Origin: Octopus sinensis
Taxonomy: Eukaryota
Length of the DNA stretch: 64,000 nt
Reading direction: 5' to 3'
Assembly (NCBI RefSeq): GCF_006345805.1
Contig: NW_021836149.1
Location: 124,001-188,000, forward strand
Within the stretch, counting starts at the first letter, position 1; every line of letters starts with the position of its first letter. Of this stretch, positions 63,549-64,000 are shown in pieces. The position numbers and the translations under genes are program-made. The notes below the pieces were generated by a model. The model saw only the letters and a program-made list of their open reading frames with translations, searched no databases and was not told the origin of the DNA.

Positions 63549-64000
63549 TAAATATATTACATCCACCTATGAGTTGCTGAGTAACTGCTTCAAAACCCAG
63601 TCATTGTGCTGTAAGAGCTGGGTCAGGCAGCTCCTACCTGGCCAAAAGGCCTCCTGGGTACCACTCAGCAGGTTGTTTTCTTCAAGAAATGTGATTAGTT
63701 TCCCTCTGATTATCCAGTTCATGACTTTACTGATGTGTAAAGTCAGAGAGATAGGCCTATAGTTTTTGGCATCTGCTCTGCTTCCTCCTTTATGGATTAG
63801 GCATATTATTCCCTCCTTCAGTTTGCTTGGCAGCCTACCATTTGCAAGAAAGCTCTAGAAGAAAATCTGTAGTGCTTTCATCAGGGCACACTTTCACAAT
63901 TTGAAGAGGATTGCTGGGAAACCATCAGGACCAGCAATTGTGTTTGCATCCACCTCATCTATGGCTAGTAATATATCTTCTTCACTAATGTCAATGTAAG
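63549..64000 (-). pseudogene. CR1/L2/jockey-group LINE RT fragment (runs off the window edge)
   Basis: AIDEVDANTIAGPDGFP..IHKGGSRADAKNYRPISLT..GTQEAFWPGRSCLTQLL..VDVIYL, with stops. Confidence 0.88.

Overview
AT-rich, extremely repeat-dense eukaryotic DNA. The SINE/MITE families and microsatellite load match my recollection of octopus (cephalopod) genomes; this is recognition, not a database result. Nearly all ORFs in the supplied track are microsatellite or SINE artefacts. The one real long ORF (8945-10840, +) is a 5'-truncated but otherwise uninterrupted Penelope-like retroelement (RT + C-terminal GIY-YIG endonuclease, probably Naiad-like), followed by a ~1.47 kb 3' region with a minimal type I hammerhead-ribozyme motif. 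Two more minimal hammerhead motifs lie in other short repeats (28551-28592 and 54148-54180, both -). Other content: many tRNA-derived SINEs (several with TSDs), decayed LINE fragments (R4/Dong-like RLE, RTE, CR1/L2), Tc1/mariner remnants (one carrying a 233-bp copy of nearby DNA), piggyBac-type TTAA MITEs (one nested in an inverted sibling), Helentron/HINE-like elements, several local 145-300 bp direct or inverted duplications, and large simple-repeat arrays. Host-gene evidence is limited to a few candidate exons (1-903, 19868, 26741, 29947, 51749) and a possible promoter near 27.2-27.4 kb; I could not name any host gene.
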